A stretch of 64,000 bases of DNA from Minisyncoccia bacterium (GTDB lineage Bacteria > Patescibacteriota > Minisyncoccia > Phycocordibacterales > UBA918): assembly GCA_041738755.1 (NCBI GenBank), contig JBGSPE010000003.1:62602-126601 (forward strand), in the 5' to 3' direction. A model generated the notes under the pieces. It saw only the letters and a list, made by a program, of their open reading frames with translations, did not search any database and was not told the DNA's origin. Each line of letters opens with the position of its first letter. The stretch's first letter is position 1. The translations under genes and the position numbers were made by a program. Below, in pieces: positions 36,711 to 48,700 of the stretch.

Positions 36711-37750
36711 TATGCCTTACGCTTAAATTCAAATCGCTTAAAGAAAAGTCGGAAACTAAAAATAAAAATGAGGAGAATGAGAAATATTCCACCAATAATT
36801 TTATACGGAATTACCCAGAAAGAGGTCGTGACGGTATCTACGATATCATCGTAACCACGATTTATTTGCGCTGTAACAGTATACCGGCCAAGGAGCAATT
36901 CTCTGTCCCAGGTGAGTTCACGCACCCGCAGTGACTTCGGTAAAACAAACCACGGTTCAAGCTCAATGTATCCTACCTCTTCACCAAACATATTGGTGAT
37001 AGAAATTTCTCCGTACGGATTCACATGAACAGACCCGGTATTTTCATACAAAATTCCCAAATCAATAGGACCTTCTTGGTACCACCAGGCATCACCTACT
37101 GTACTAATACTTTTGGTTTCACCTGAGGTTTCAATGTCTCCTTCAACAGTAATGAAAAAGAGTGAACCAATCCGAGCAATAACTGGTGACCGTGGTCCGT
37201 CAGCAATTTGATTCTCATCAATGCGAACGGTAGAGACTAAAACACTACCGTAGTAGCCCCCTGGTTCTACGTCTGGTGGGATGCTGATTGTTACAGGAAT
37301 ACGAGCTCGCTCACCAAGCTTCAGCTGGAAGGTATCTTGCGGCACCGATACATAATCTCGAATACTATACGGACCGCGAGTTTCACCAGTCAAACTGGCC
37401 GCCCCACTTCCATCAGTACTTCCAACAATATCTTCAATTTCTAACTTAAATTCTCGATTGTCACTAATTCGGTTGGTAACCGAAATTTCTCGGACTACTG
37501 TTTGTCCTGGTTGTAAAGCAATTTCAGTTCGGCCTGGACCAACCACAAAATCTCCGACCGCAATGTCATTACCAGAGATTTGTTCAGAGACGTACCAATT
37601 TCCTGATGGAATAGCACTATCCGGTGTGGTGGTCGGTGTTGTGGTGGCACCCGGAAGAGTTTCATCAGCTTGTGCACCAACTTCGAAGGTAGGTAGTAAC
37701 AGCGTTACAAAAAGAAAGAATATGAGAGCTTTTTTGCCTGTAGTCGCCAT
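36710..37750 (-). CDS. Secreted protein with a C-terminal TM anchor and basic tail (DUF916-like arrangement)
   Basis: Signal peptide 'ALIFFLFVTLLLPTFEVGAQA'; ~300-aa beta-rich ectodomain; C-terminal 'IIGGIFLILLIFIFSFRLFFKRFEFKRKA'. Confidence 0.6.
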   Translation of the reverse strand: MATTGKKALIFFLFVTLLLPTFEVGAQADETLPGATTTPTTTPDSAIPSGNWYVSEQISGNDIAVGDFVVGPGRTEIALQPGQTVVREISVTNRISDNREFKLEIEDIVGSTDGSGAASLTGETRGPYSIRDYVSVPQDTFQLKLGERARIPVTISIPPDVEPGGYYGSVLVSTVRIDENQIADGPRSPVIARIGSLFFITVEGDIETSGETKSISTVGDAWWYQEGPIDLGILYENTGSVHVNPYGEISITNMFGEEVGYIELEPWFVLPKSLRVRELTWDRELLLGRYTVTAQINRGYDDIVDTVTTSFWVIPYKIIGGIFLILLIFIFSFRLFFKRFEFKRKA

Positions 37751-37772
37751 AATCTGTGACCTTCAGGGTACC

Positions 37773-38486
37773 TTATATATTAAAGAGAGACAAGGTCGCT
37801 GTTGCGGTGTAGGTTTGAGCTGTTAGGGCTGGTGTTGCCGCATTAGGAACATGCACTCGAAATTGCAAGGTAGTTGTAGCTCCTGTTGGGGCAGCTGAAC
37901 CCCGGTTTACAATTTCAAATGGCGTTGTACTTGGTGCTTTCCAGCAGTGCTCTCCTGTGTCAGTACCAGCTGGTACATTACAGGCATTTGAACCGTTATG
38001 TAAGAAGGCATCAGCAGTATCAGGAGTCGAAGAAGAGAAGACTGAGTACGCAAATTGGGCAGATCCAGTTGTTGTAAAGTTATATGAAGGAAAGCCACCT
38101 ACGTCCCCAGCATAGTCAACGATTGATTCACTGTCATCAATATCTCCAATCATAGCTTGCGGGGTGCCATTATCGAAGAAATCAATCTCAACCCGATAGC
38201 CAGCCGCATTGTTTGAAAGGACAGAGAATCTCGTTGTACCAGTCGCATTTCCTCCCGTGAGACCATTGATACTACCGGCCATAGTGACATTCACTGGATC
38301 CACCAAGAAAGAACTCTCAGCAATAATAGTCTGTCGAATCCGAAAATCAGGCGTGGTATCAACCTGTCCCCGGCTGATTTGTGGCTCAAACGTAAAGTAA
38401 CTGGCAAACAAGACAGTCATGAGCGCAACGGTTATAACTAATGATTGCTTACTAATGAGCAAGAGGTTTTTAAGTGGGACGTTCAT
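37773..38486 (-). CDS. Small secreted beta-rich protein, paralog B
   Basis: Signal/TM '[16 protein letters not shown]'; '[19 protein letters not shown]...[34 protein letters not shown]', same Cys-x12-13-CW and C-terminal pattern as paralog A. Confidence 0.6.
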   Translation of the reverse strand: MNVPLKNLLLISKQSLVITVALMTVLFASYFTFEPQISRGQVDTTPDFRIRQTIIAESSFLVDPVNVTMAGSINGLTGGNATGTTRFSVLSNNAAGYRVEIDFFDNGTPQAMIGDIDDSESIVDYAGDVGGFPSYNFTTTGSAQFAYSVFSSSTPDTADAFLHNGSNACNVPAGTDTGEHCWKAPSTTPFEIVNRGSAAPTGATTTLQFRVHVPNAATPALTAQTYTATATLSLFNI

Positions 38487-38587
38487 AATGGTTTTAATTT
38501 TATACTCTTATTTTATAATAATTTTGTGGGTTTTTTCGTCAAAATTGAAGGTTCTGTGTATAAGTTACTCAAGTAAAAGCAGGATTT

Positions 38588-41500
38588 TTAGATATCTGCG
38601 CCTCCCCCGCTACCACCACCTGACGCTTGGTTGTAGACTCGAACCTGGATTTCATCCAAGCTAAAGACACTTGTCTGATCAGCAGTTAATCTCACTCTGA
38701 AATTTGTATTACTAAATTCTGCTACAGACCATGGTGTTCGACCCCACAAGTCTGACGGTCCGCCCGCAGTCAAAACCACATCCGAACTGGCGACATTAGT
38801 TAACTCTTTGGTATCAGTCCATGATGAGCCACCATCCCATGACAACTGAGCGGAGAGTATAGCGGTTGGATTTGAACTTCTTATCTCCAATTTTATTTCA
38901 ATACCCTGGATAGTATTACCAGTATTTATTGGGAAACTATGATTTTGCCAAACTGAAGGATTAGTGTTATTGGCAATTGCACGCGTTTCATCAACCCCAT
39001 CATAAGAATTAGCAATATCTCTCCAACCACTACCTCCTGTTGGCCGTCTAAAATTTGGATCATTCCCAATCTGCTCACCCGGACCAGCCCCTCCACCAAC
39101 AACAATCCCGTCACCCACAGGTGCTTCTCCTCCAATATCACTCGCTCGTCCTCCCCCGCCACCGCGTGATTCAAATCGACTATGTTGCCTTGGACTCACA
39201 CTACCGAAGATATCTTGTACTCCATTTTCATCTTCAGCCACCACTCCACCAGGGTAGAGATTAATAGTCACGGCAGAGTCTCTTGGTGGAGCATTCCAGT
39301 CAGCTACTACGAGGTAATTTTGTGCACTTGAAGTACTAATAACAAAATCTTCATTGAACACAATTGTGCCAGTCTCTGACTCAGCATCAATTATCATAAC
39401 GCCAGTGCCAGCAATCACTTCATCACCAGCAAGCCCTCCATTAAACTCACCACTAGGCATTAAGTCTCTCACGAGTCGAATATTGGTAAAGTCTGCGGAA
39501 TCAATATTAGTTACACCACTCAAATCAAAAGTAAGACTGGTCAAAGTCGCAGTACCACTTTCAGGAATGAGTTTAAAAGCAAATAATTCCTCGTCAGTCT
39601 TGTTTTGGAAATTAAAGGCGTTACTCACCTGCCCCTGATCATGGTTTGCAATAGTGCTACTACCACTGATTGCCTCGTTTACAAAGAACCAATTAGTATT
39701 ATTGCCACCATCAACAGAACTAGTGGCCGAGATAGAAGTAGAAGCAAACGAATCCTTTACATCGACAAACTCTACATTAATTTGTGAGCCAGACACATCA
39801 AGCCCCCACGCTGTCCCACTTGCAGTAGAGCGAAGATATACTTCGTTACCAGCAGTACCAGCCAAATCGATATTTTGGATAGTACTGGTTGCTCCTGCCA
39901 AAAATGCCGCTGACGTACCGGGGAGCATCGTATAGGTATTTGTCACAGTTAGTGGTGCACCGTAGGTTACCGACTGAGTGGTGGAGCCATTTTGTGATTC
40001 GTTAGTAACAGTTAGATTATAGAATTCAAGCGTTCCTGTCGCTACCTGCGCTGCCACACCACCAAACACAACCGTACTCGTTGCCGGTTCAAAACTTCCC
40101 GCGTTTGTAAAGTCACCTAATATAGATAACTCATCTGTGACTTTGAGACTACCGTTTTGGGAAATTTGTACATCACTGGTTGAAGCGGTAACGATGTTGG
40201 CCGTCTGGCCAATGACTTGACGGTTATTTATAAGTGAATTCACCCCACCATCATCTCTAAATCCAACCACAACATATAATCCTTCTCCAAAGGTAACTCC
40301 AGTTGCAAATTGATCCCCAGCAGAACTCGTCAGAGATTGTGGACCCCAAGTAATACCATCGGAAGACGTTATCGCCGTAGGCACAAATGCTAACAGATCA
40401 AAATCAATTGTACTTCCAACAGCAATAAATTCGTTGTTACCATACTCCACATCATACAAGAAGCCAGCAAATCCCGGAGTCACACCAAGACTCCAGTCCG
40501 TCCCATTATTTGAATACATAATGACATCACCAGTTTCATCTGGCCCTAGTGCGCCCACCGCTACAAACTGACCATTTCCATAGGTGACGCTTTGCCAATC
40601 ATCATCGTTGCCAAGGGCCGATTGAGCTGTCCAATTGATGCCGTCTGGTGAGGTCATAATCCTAGTAGTACCCGTTGCTGCCACCGCCACAAAGAGGCCG
40701 TCACCGTAGGTTACCCCAGTCCAGGAATCATCATTGCCCGCTGCCGAGCGGTCAGTCCAAGTGACACCGTCGGATGAAGTATAGATACGATTTTCGGTAC
40801 TGACAGTGGTATCACAAACTTCACCAGTAAGTCCGCAAGATACCGCAACAAACAAACCATCTCCGTACGTAACGCTTTGCAAAGGAACCGAGGCAATAGT
40901 TTGAACTATCCACGTGATGCCGTCGGATGAGGTCATGACTCGGTCAGTACCTGGTCCATTACCAACCGCTACAAACTGACCATTGCCGTAGGTGACACCT
41001 GCCCAAGCGTCGTTATTTCCAGCAGCCGACTGAGCAGTCCAGGTTTCGCCATCGGGTGAGGTCATCACAGCATCTCCAACGCCAGTGGCGTCACCGACTG
41101 CCACAAACGTACCGTTACCGTAGGCGATATCTAACCAAGCATCATCATTATTTACCGCACTAATCGAATTCCAAGACGCACTGGCTTGAAATACACCATC
41201 CACCACCACATCATAGAGTCGATTGGTACCACTAAAATCACCTGTTAAATCGCTATCACTACCACTCAAATACAAGGTAGTGTTAGAAAAATCAATATCT
41301 CCGTTTTGGGTAAAATCTCCCGTGACGGTTAGTTCAGTGTGCGGATCCAAGGTTCCACTGCTGGAAATCGTAAGGTCAGTAACAGATACATTAGTAATGA
41401 AATCAATAGTACCAGTAACAGCGACATCACCAAGCTCTGGTGTTGCGACGGCAGTAGAGACGGTTTTGTTGCTACCGCTCAAGAACAATGTGCCGTCATT

Positions 41501-44500
41501 CAACAAACTGCCGTTACCTACTAAATCACCAGCTACTGAGAGTGATGTAGTACTTATAAGGGTAGTGTCAGGGGCAATAGTAAGATCGCTCGTTGAAGCC
41601 ACACCTATAGTAGCAATCCCGCCCTGTTCGTACATAACCCGCTGTGTACCGGCAATGGCAACAGCGACTGACGTTCCTGCTCCAGAGGAAACTGCTTCTA
41701 GTTGTACTCCCGTACCCGCAACTGTACTGGTTGCCCAAGAAATACCATCGAGAGATGTCATAACCTGAGCGTTATTCGAAACATCAACACCAACCGCCGT
41801 AAAATAGCCCTGCTCATATATAACGTCTTTCCATTGACCAACCGGAGCAGTCTGAGTTGTCCAGATGATGCCGTCAGGCGAGGTCATGACGTAGTCATCA
41901 CTACCACCACCCACAGCCACAAAGGTACCGTTACCGTAAGTAACACCTTGCCAGTTATCAGTGTCTCCGTCGGTTGCTTGGGCCGTCCAAGTAATACCAT
42001 CGGGAGAGGTCATAACAGCGTCTCCAAATTCGCCATTACCTACAGCCACGAAGGTGTCATTACCATATGCAGCATCACTCCAGTAATCATTGTTCCCCGC
42101 TGCGGTCGTAGTCGCCCAGCTGAGACCATTGGTTGAGTACATCACCACATCATCAGCAGCAACATTAAAACTAGACGGTGTGCCGACAGCCACATAGGTT
42201 CCATTCCCATACGTGACACCGAACCAGTTATCATTATCTCCCGCAGCACTTCCAGAAGTCCAATTGATACCGTCCGGTGAGACAGCTACCGATGGTGTAA
42301 GACCAACATACGGGATACCAACCGAAACAAACTGCCCACCTGCGTAAATGATATCAAGACCTAGATAAAGTCCAAATGGAGAGTCAGTCGTAGTGGTTGC
42401 CCATGATATACCATCCATTGAGTACATAATCTCATCATTAGAACTTAATCCACCAATTCCAACTGCGACAAAGGTATTGGTACCGTACGCGACACCGTAC
42501 CACTCTTCATTATTACCAGCTGCACTTTGGGTTACCCATCCATCTGTCCCAGTGGGGTCAATCACCACATCACCAAGTGTGTTACTGCCGCTAAAGTTAC
42601 CTGATAATTGCGGTAATGAACCTCCTACAATCAATGTCGTTTCAGAAAAATCTATTGAACCATTTTGTGTAAAGTCACCGTTTAACGTTAAGTTTGCGGT
42701 TGGAGCGAAGATAGTAGACGACGCCACAAGCAACGCCGCTGAAGTGGCGGTTGAACCAATTGATGTAGTTGCACCATCTACATCAAAGAGAACGTCTCCG
42801 TCATCATCAAAATCATAAAATGCTGCTGTACCAAGATCTATCTCCCCGGTCGTACTTGAGTGTTGCAATCGTACAGTATCCGACCACAAATCAATATCCA
42901 AAATATCAGTCTCACCATTAAGGTACGTCAGTGTAGTGGCACTGGTCGTAGCAGACTCATCGACAAAAAGAGTGAGCGGGGTGGTTTCATTAAAAGCGGG
43001 TGTACCCTCTGCGTACATCACCCGGTCGCCAGAAGAACTAACGGCTACAAATTGACCGTTGCCGTACGTGACACTCTGCCAGGAATCATTATTTCCTACC
43101 GCCGTACGAACAGTCCACGTCACACCATCCGGTGAAGTCATGACTCGGTCAAGACCAGTACCTACCGCGACAAAGAGCCCATTGCTGTACGTGACACTTT
43201 GCCACGAGTCATTATTTCCGGCGGCAGTCGAGGTGGCCCAGGTGATACCGTCAGTTGAGACCATGACGCGGTCACTCCCCGAATTTCCAACCGCTACAAA
43301 CAGACCGTTGCCGTACGTGACACTCTGCCAATTATCATTGTTATCAGCTGCTGATTGAACCGTCCAATTGATACCATTGGAGGAAGTCATGACGCGGTCG
43401 CCAGAGTCACCCACGGCTACAAAAAGACCATTAGCGTAGGTGACACTACGCCAGGAATCATTATCTCCAGCAGCTGTTGAGGTCGCCCAATTGATACCAT
43501 CGGAGGAAGTCATGACTACATCTTCCGTTCCGAGGTTTCGAACACCGACTGCCACAAAGAGACCATTTCCATAGGTCACACTTTGCCAACGATCATTATT
43601 TCCAGCCGCTGGACGAGCGGTCCAAGCAACACCATCAGATGAAGTCATGACACAATCATCGGCACTTCCATCCAAAACTGTACAACCTCCCACAGCCACA
43701 AAGAGACCATTGGCATAGGTGACACTACGCCACGTATCATTGTCCCCAGCGGCAGTTGAGGTGGCCCAATTAAAACCATCTACTGAAGTCATGACTCGGT
43801 CTGCTGTGATACCAACCGCTACATATAATCCATTATTATAAGTAACACTATTCCACATATCATTATCTCCAGCGGCGGTTGTTGTAGACCAACCACTTAG
43901 TCCTACTTCCTGATACTCTGGTAACGTAAGACTGAAGTTTCCAAAAGCATCAGTTGTGGTACTAAATGTATTCAACACATCGATACTACTATCTGCGTAC
44001 ATTACTCGGTCCCCTGAGTTACCGACCGCTACAAAACGATTGTTTGCAAAGGTAACAGCCAGCCAACCGTCATTATCACCGGCGGCAGGGCGGGCGGTCC
44101 AATTGATGCCGTCAGGAGAGGTCATGACGGTATCAGGACCTTCACCGACTGCTACAAATAATCCGTTGCCATACGTAACGTCATACCATAAATCGTCATC
44201 GCCAGCGGCAGACCGAACAGTCCAAGTAATACCGTCAAGAGAGGTCATGACTCCGTCAGTACTCGGACCAGTACCGACAGTCACAAACAGTCCGTTGCCA
44301 TAGGTGACACTTTGCCAAGTATCATTATTACCGGCAGCAGACTGCACGGTCCAGGTAATGCCGTTTGAGGAAGTAATGACACGGTCACCGAAACTACCAA
44401 CCGCTACAAACAGTCCGTTGCCGTAGGTGACACTTTGCCAGAAATCGTCATTTCCAGCCGCAGACTGCACGGTCCAGGTAATCCCATCAGATGAGGTCAT

Positions 44501-45739
44501 GACGCATTCTACATCTGAAAGGCAAGAACCGACTGCTACAAACAGTCCGTTGCCGTACGTAACATCCCACCACGAATCATTATTACCGGCGGCTGAGCTT
44601 GTTGCCCAGGTAATCCCATCAGATGAGGTCATGACGCGGTCGCCAAAAACACCAACCGCTACAAACAGTCCGTTGCCGTAGGTGACACCAAGCCACTGAT
44701 CATCATTACCAGCGGCTGAGCTTGTTGCCCAGGTAATCCCATCAGATGAGGTCATGACTTGGTCAAGCCCTGTAGCGACGGCAACGTAGGTGCCATTACC
44801 ATAAGTGATACTTTGCCAAAAGTCATCATTTCCAGCCGCGGTTGTAGTTGCCCAGTCACTCAATATTGTCTCAGTACCTAATGGTGTTACAACAGAGGCT
44901 GTAACAGTACTTGTTGCAGTAATTGGGGTACTACCATCACTTTCGTATAACGTTCCTGAAAGAGTAATTGGCCCACCACTCGGTTCACCCATAACCTCAG
45001 CTAACGCCACTGCTACCATCGCCGCATCATCGGTCGCTTGTGTCCAACCAGCAGTTACGTCGGTACTAGCAACGGTGTCGTAGGTATAAAAGCCCGCTAA
45101 TTGTGCTCCAAAATCTTCCTCATCGCGACTCGTCCAACCAGAGAGCGGTGTTATGCCCGTGACTGCTGCGAGCCCAGAAAAGAGCCCGAGCGAAACATGC
45201 GCAGTCCGACCAGACAAAGGTACGGTGACGCTAGGATTAACAGCGTTAGCAACAATTGAATTATCAAAAGCCACTACTTCAGTATCAGCGCCAGCTGTAA
45301 ACGTATAAGCCACTGCATGCTTCCCTCCTCCGCCGGTTTCATTGACCGATACTGTTTGGGCACCAGTTGGAATACTGGACGTACCAACGTACGCATACAC
45401 ACAGGCTGGTTCCGTCACCGTGTCACATGCTCTAGCAACCCTCGTAAGAGTCAAACTCCCATACGTCACACTATCAATCCGATCAGCTGCAGAGGTATTT
45501 TGCACAATATATACCAACACTCCACGCGGTGTTCCAACCGGCGTATGAGTCCAACTAAAATCTACTGTTGATCCCGCAGCGACATTGCCATCTTCAGAAA
45601 ACGCATCGAACGCTACCGCGGCCTCTGCGGTGACAGCTGAAACAAGGAAGCTTCCAAAGGCAAACAAAACCCCAACCGTCATACATATATATGTACGGTA
45701 CGTTGCTTTGAAAGCTGATTGTATATGAAGTATTTTCAT
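38588..45739 (-). CDS. Giant secreted protein (2383 aa) built of ~30+ tandem Asp-box-like (S-x-D-G-x-T-W) propeller-blade repeats with a Gly-rich C-terminal domain
   Basis: Signal peptide 'MTVGVLFAFGSFLVSAVTAEA'. ~45-aa unit 'vMTSsDGiTWatssAAGNnDsWqsVTYGNGLFVAVG' repeated throughout. C-terminus poly-Gly 'GGGGGRASDIGGE...' and 'GGGSGGGADI'. Confidence 0.7.
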   Translation of the reverse strand: MKILHIQSAFKATYRTYICMTVGVLFAFGSFLVSAVTAEAAVAFDAFSEDGNVAAGSTVDFSWTHTPVGTPRGVLVYIVQNTSAADRIDSVTYGSLTLTRVARACDTVTEPACVYAYVGTSSIPTGAQTVSVNETGGGGKHAVAYTFTAGADTEVVAFDNSIVANAVNPSVTVPLSGRTAHVSLGLFSGLAAVTGITPLSGWTSRDEEDFGAQLAGFYTYDTVASTDVTAGWTQATDDAAMVAVALAEVMGEPSGGPITLSGTLYESDGSTPITATSTVTASVVTPLGTETILSDWATTTAAGNDDFWQSITYGNGTYVAVATGLDQVMTSSDGITWATSSAAGNDDQWLGVTYGNGLFVAVGVFGDRVMTSSDGITWATSSAAGNNDSWWDVTYGNGLFVAVGSCLSDVECVMTSSDGITWTVQSAAGNDDFWQSVTYGNGLFVAVGSFGDRVITSSNGITWTVQSAAGNNDTWQSVTYGNGLFVTVGTGPSTDGVMTSLDGITWTVRSAAGDDDLWYDVTYGNGLFVAVGEGPDTVMTSPDGINWTARPAAGDNDGWLAVTFANNRFVAVGNSGDRVMYADSSIDVLNTFSTTTDAFGNFSLTLPEYQEVGLSGWSTTTAAGDNDMWNSVTYNNGLYVAVGITADRVMTSVDGFNWATSTAAGDNDTWRSVTYANGLFVAVGGCTVLDGSADDCVMTSSDGVAWTARPAAGNNDRWQSVTYGNGLFVAVGVRNLGTEDVVMTSSDGINWATSTAAGDNDSWRSVTYANGLFVAVGDSGDRVMTSSNGINWTVQSAADNNDNWQSVTYGNGLFVAVGNSGSDRVMVSTDGITWATSTAAGNNDSWQSVTYSNGLFVAVGTGLDRVMTSPDGVTWTVRTAVGNNDSWQSVTYGNGQFVAVSSSGDRVMYAEGTPAFNETTPLTLFVDESATTSATTLTYLNGETDILDIDLWSDTVRLQHSSTTGEIDLGTAAFYDFDDDGDVLFDVDGATTSIGSTATSAALLVASSTIFAPTANLTLNGDFTQNGSIDFSETTLIVGGSLPQLSGNFSGSNTLGDVVIDPTGTDGWVTQSAAGNNEEWYGVAYGTNTFVAVGIGGLSSNDEIMYSMDGISWATTTTDSPFGLYLGLDIIYAGGQFVSVGIPYVGLTPSVAVSPDGINWTSGSAAGDNDNWFGVTYGNGTYVAVGTPSSFNVAADDVVMYSTNGLSWATTTAAGNNDYWSDAAYGNDTFVAVGNGEFGDAVMTSPDGITWTAQATDGDTDNWQGVTYGNGTFVAVGGGSDDYVMTSPDGIIWTTQTAPVGQWKDVIYEQGYFTAVGVDVSNNAQVMTSLDGISWATSTVAGTGVQLEAVSSGAGTSVAVAIAGTQRVMYEQGGIATIGVASTSDLTIAPDTTLISTTSLSVAGDLVGNGSLLNDGTLFLSGSNKTVSTAVATPELGDVAVTGTIDFITNVSVTDLTISSSGTLDPHTELTVTGDFTQNGDIDFSNTTLYLSGSDSDLTGDFSGTNRLYDVVVDGVFQASASWNSISAVNNDDAWLDIAYGNGTFVAVGDATGVGDAVMTSPDGETWTAQSAAGNNDAWAGVTYGNGQFVAVGNGPGTDRVMTSSDGITWIVQTIASVPLQSVTYGDGLFVAVSCGLTGEVCDTTVSTENRIYTSSDGVTWTDRSAAGNDDSWTGVTYGDGLFVAVAATGTTRIMTSPDGINWTAQSALGNDDDWQSVTYGNGQFVAVGALGPDETGDVIMYSNNGTDWSLGVTPGFAGFLYDVEYGNNEFIAVGSTIDFDLLAFVPTAITSSDGITWGPQSLTSSAGDQFATGVTFGEGLYVVVGFRDDGGVNSLINNRQVIGQTANIVTASTSDVQISQNGSLKVTDELSILGDFTNAGSFEPATSTVVFGGVAAQVATGTLEFYNLTVTNESQNGSTTQSVTYGAPLTVTNTYTMLPGTSAAFLAGATSTIQNIDLAGTAGNEVYLRSTASGTAWGLDVSGSQINVEFVDVKDSFASTSISATSSVDGGNNTNWFFVNEAISGSSTIANHDQGQVSNAFNFQNKTDEELFAFKLIPESGTATLTSLTFDLSGVTNIDSADFTNIRLVRDLMPSGEFNGGLAGDEVIAGTGVMIIDAESETGTIVFNEDFVISTSSAQNYLVVADWNAPPRDSAVTINLYPGGVVAEDENGVQDIFGSVSPRQHSRFESRGGGGGRASDIGGEAPVGDGIVVGGGAGPGEQIGNDPNFRRPTGGSGWRDIANSYDGVDETRAIANNTNPSVWQNHSFPINTGNTIQGIEIKLEIRSSNPTAILSAQLSWDGGSSWTDTKELTNVASSDVVLTAGGPSDLWGRTPWSVAEFSNTNFRVRLTADQTSVFSLDEIQVRVYNQASGGGSGGGADI

Positions 45740-45742
45740 AGG

Positions 45743-48700
45743 TTAGCTGGTTGGTTCACTTGGAGTTGGTAATGGTTCTGGTTCGGGAGTTAGCTCTGGT
45801 TCTGGCTCGGGTTCTGGTTCTGGTAGCGGCTCAGGGGTTGGCTCTGGTTCTGGAACTACCGGTTCCACTGGTGGTTCAACGCTTGGCTCTGGTGGTCCGC
45901 CTTCCCCGCTTTGACCACCTCCTCCACTCGTTTCATCAACTGATTCCTCATCTGTTGGTTCAGCTGGCGGGTTTGGTGGCTCTGATTCAGGAGTTGGTTC
46001 TGGTTGTACGGGTGCTGGAGTGCCGTCAATATTATTGTTATCAAGCAACTGCCGTAAATCATTGGCGTCGATACACACTCCATCCACACACAATTCTTCT
46101 TTTACCTCGATTCGGTTCGTCTTAATGCCAGCCACTTGTAGGATTCCGTCAACGAATCCTTGCGCCAGAGATACCAATCTATCAAACAGTGTCTCATCAA
46201 TATTTTCTCCTACCGTTTGAACTGATGATGTACTCATAAGCGAAGCTAGGCTAGCCGCTTGCGTTTCACCGATGAAGCGGTAGCTCAAATCAACAAACAT
46301 CACGATTTGTCCTACTTGTACTGATTGACCATTAACATCCCGAGTCTCACTTGGCGTACCAGCCAACCCTGCGAGCTGCTCTGCCACACTCTGATCTGCC
46401 AAGACTTGATTAGCACTATTAATCTGCTCAATCATCGATTCGCCGTTCAAGGGCACACACGGTGAACCATTATCAGCTCCACCACCGTAGTAACATCCGT
46501 CATGGACCCGTGGATCATTTGGGTCAGTGATTGGTTGGTATACCGGGTCAACCAAATCATCACCAAACTGATTGATGAAGGTTCGAGAATATTTTCGTGA
46601 TGAATCAAAGTCTTCAAGCGCGATACCAACAACCGTACCTGTTGCAGTCGCCTTCATTGCTACCCCCGGAAGTGAAGATAATGTCAGTTGATCACCTTTT
46701 TTAATTGGACCATTTTCAGTTGAAAGTTGAATTGGGACACGACCTGAGAGCGCAATTGGATACGCCGTCTCACCAGCTCTCGTTGACTCATCATCTGCTC
46801 CCATTAATACACCTGGCTTAGTTGAGACCACACCGATAATCGGGTCAGTTCCTTCATCTGCCCGAACCACTGAAAGCTCACCATCGAGTGAAACAATTTC
46901 TCCGGTCTCAAGTGACTGGCTTGAGAAATACATTTCAGCGAGGTCAGAGTTACCGGTGAATTGTGAGACTGAAGCAATTCGTCCTTGCACTGACGCAATA
47001 CAAGCACCGTCATTGTCGACACAGATACCACCTCGTCCGATTTGGAGTCCAGCCATATTGGTTCCGTCTCCAATCGTCGTCGTACCGTACGCAGTTACAT
47101 TAAAGACTGATGTATTGGTGTTACGGAAATCAACAAAGCGTGAGGTGGTTGATGAGAATGACCCGCCACTGTTACCAAAGTTAAGCTCAAGTCCTGTTCC
47201 AGTAAAGGTCGAGGTATCTTGGAAGAGGCTCATGAGTGTTGCGCTTGTAATACTTGAAGAGAACCCGCGAATGGCATTGCCCTGCGTAGTGCCTCGCGTC
47301 TGGAAGAAGCCTCCAGCTGGAGCTAGTACGCCACCAGCATCCCCTTCAGTGATACCCCGAACTCCAAAGGTTCGTCCCGTTCCAGAAATAGCCGTATTCT
47401 CTCCTTGTGTATTGCTACCCCGGTTGGTTTGAATCTCAAGACCTCGAACCGTATTTCCAAAAATGGTATCGTCTTCAACCCGAAAAATACTGCCGATGAT
47501 AGTTGTGGTAGCGGTGTTATTTGCATCAAGGTTAAAGAAATTACCGTATTGCAATGCCCCATTAGAACTATTGGTAGTCGTAATCCACTGCTGAAGCGCT
47601 GCGGTACCAGTACCAGTGAGACTATCTACCTGTAATGCCAACCGAGAACTTGGTGATGTCGTCCCAAGGCCGATGTTGCCGGTAGTGAGGTTACCGTATA
47701 GCGCATTCCCAAGACTCAAGAAGTTACTCGTACCACTCGTCGGTAACTCTATGTTGTCACCAATTAAAATATTGTTACTGCCCGTACTCGTGTTACTACC
47801 GGTATTATCACCAAGGAAGATATTGTTGTTGCCGGTTACACCCGCACCAGCAAAATTACCGATGAAAATATTTTCCGTCCCCTCACTATCTGTACCAGCT
47901 GATTGACCAATGGCGATAGTGTAGTCTGCTAAGGTATCACGGAGCGCCGATGTTCCAAGAGCGATATTGAAATCCCCAGTGGAAGCAAACACCCCAGCAT
48001 CAGTACCTATATAGGTATTATTACTTTCTGTTGTGAGGCTAAAACCAGCACTTTTACCGAACAATACATTACCATCTCCACTAGTCACAGACCCTCCTGC
48101 GCTAATACCAAAGAAGGCATTGTTGCTACCAGTCACACCACTATGCATGTCATTAAATTCATTCAGTCCAAACGCTACGTTGTAATTAACATCATTAGCT
48201 GACAGTAACCCATCTCCGTTGTATCGCACAATTGAACCAGTCGTGAGATTAATATCCCCTGCAACGGTAAGTCGACTACTTAGAGTAGTCGTCCCGATTC
48301 CGATATTTCCACTAGAATCAATCAACATCCGAGATGTTCCACCGACTGAAAACCCTAACGTATTAGTACCACCAAACATTCCAGTATCGGTATCATTTTC
48401 AAATGAAAATGCCGGCGCATTAGCGAGACTGGTACTTAAACGTGCGAGACCAACACTACTGATATAAGCAGCTCCGCCAAAGTTAAATTCTCCTGTAAAA
48501 TCTCCAGTGACACCGCTCAAAGTACCAGTAACATTTGCGTTACCTGCGACAGTGAGGAGTTGAGATGGGGTAGTGGTACCAATCCCCACATTACCACTCG
48601 CATCAATCCGAAGTCGTTCGGTGCCAGCAGTGGAGAAACCAAGAATATCAGTACCACCTCTGAACATACCGGTATTAGTATCACCACTAAAAGAAAAACT

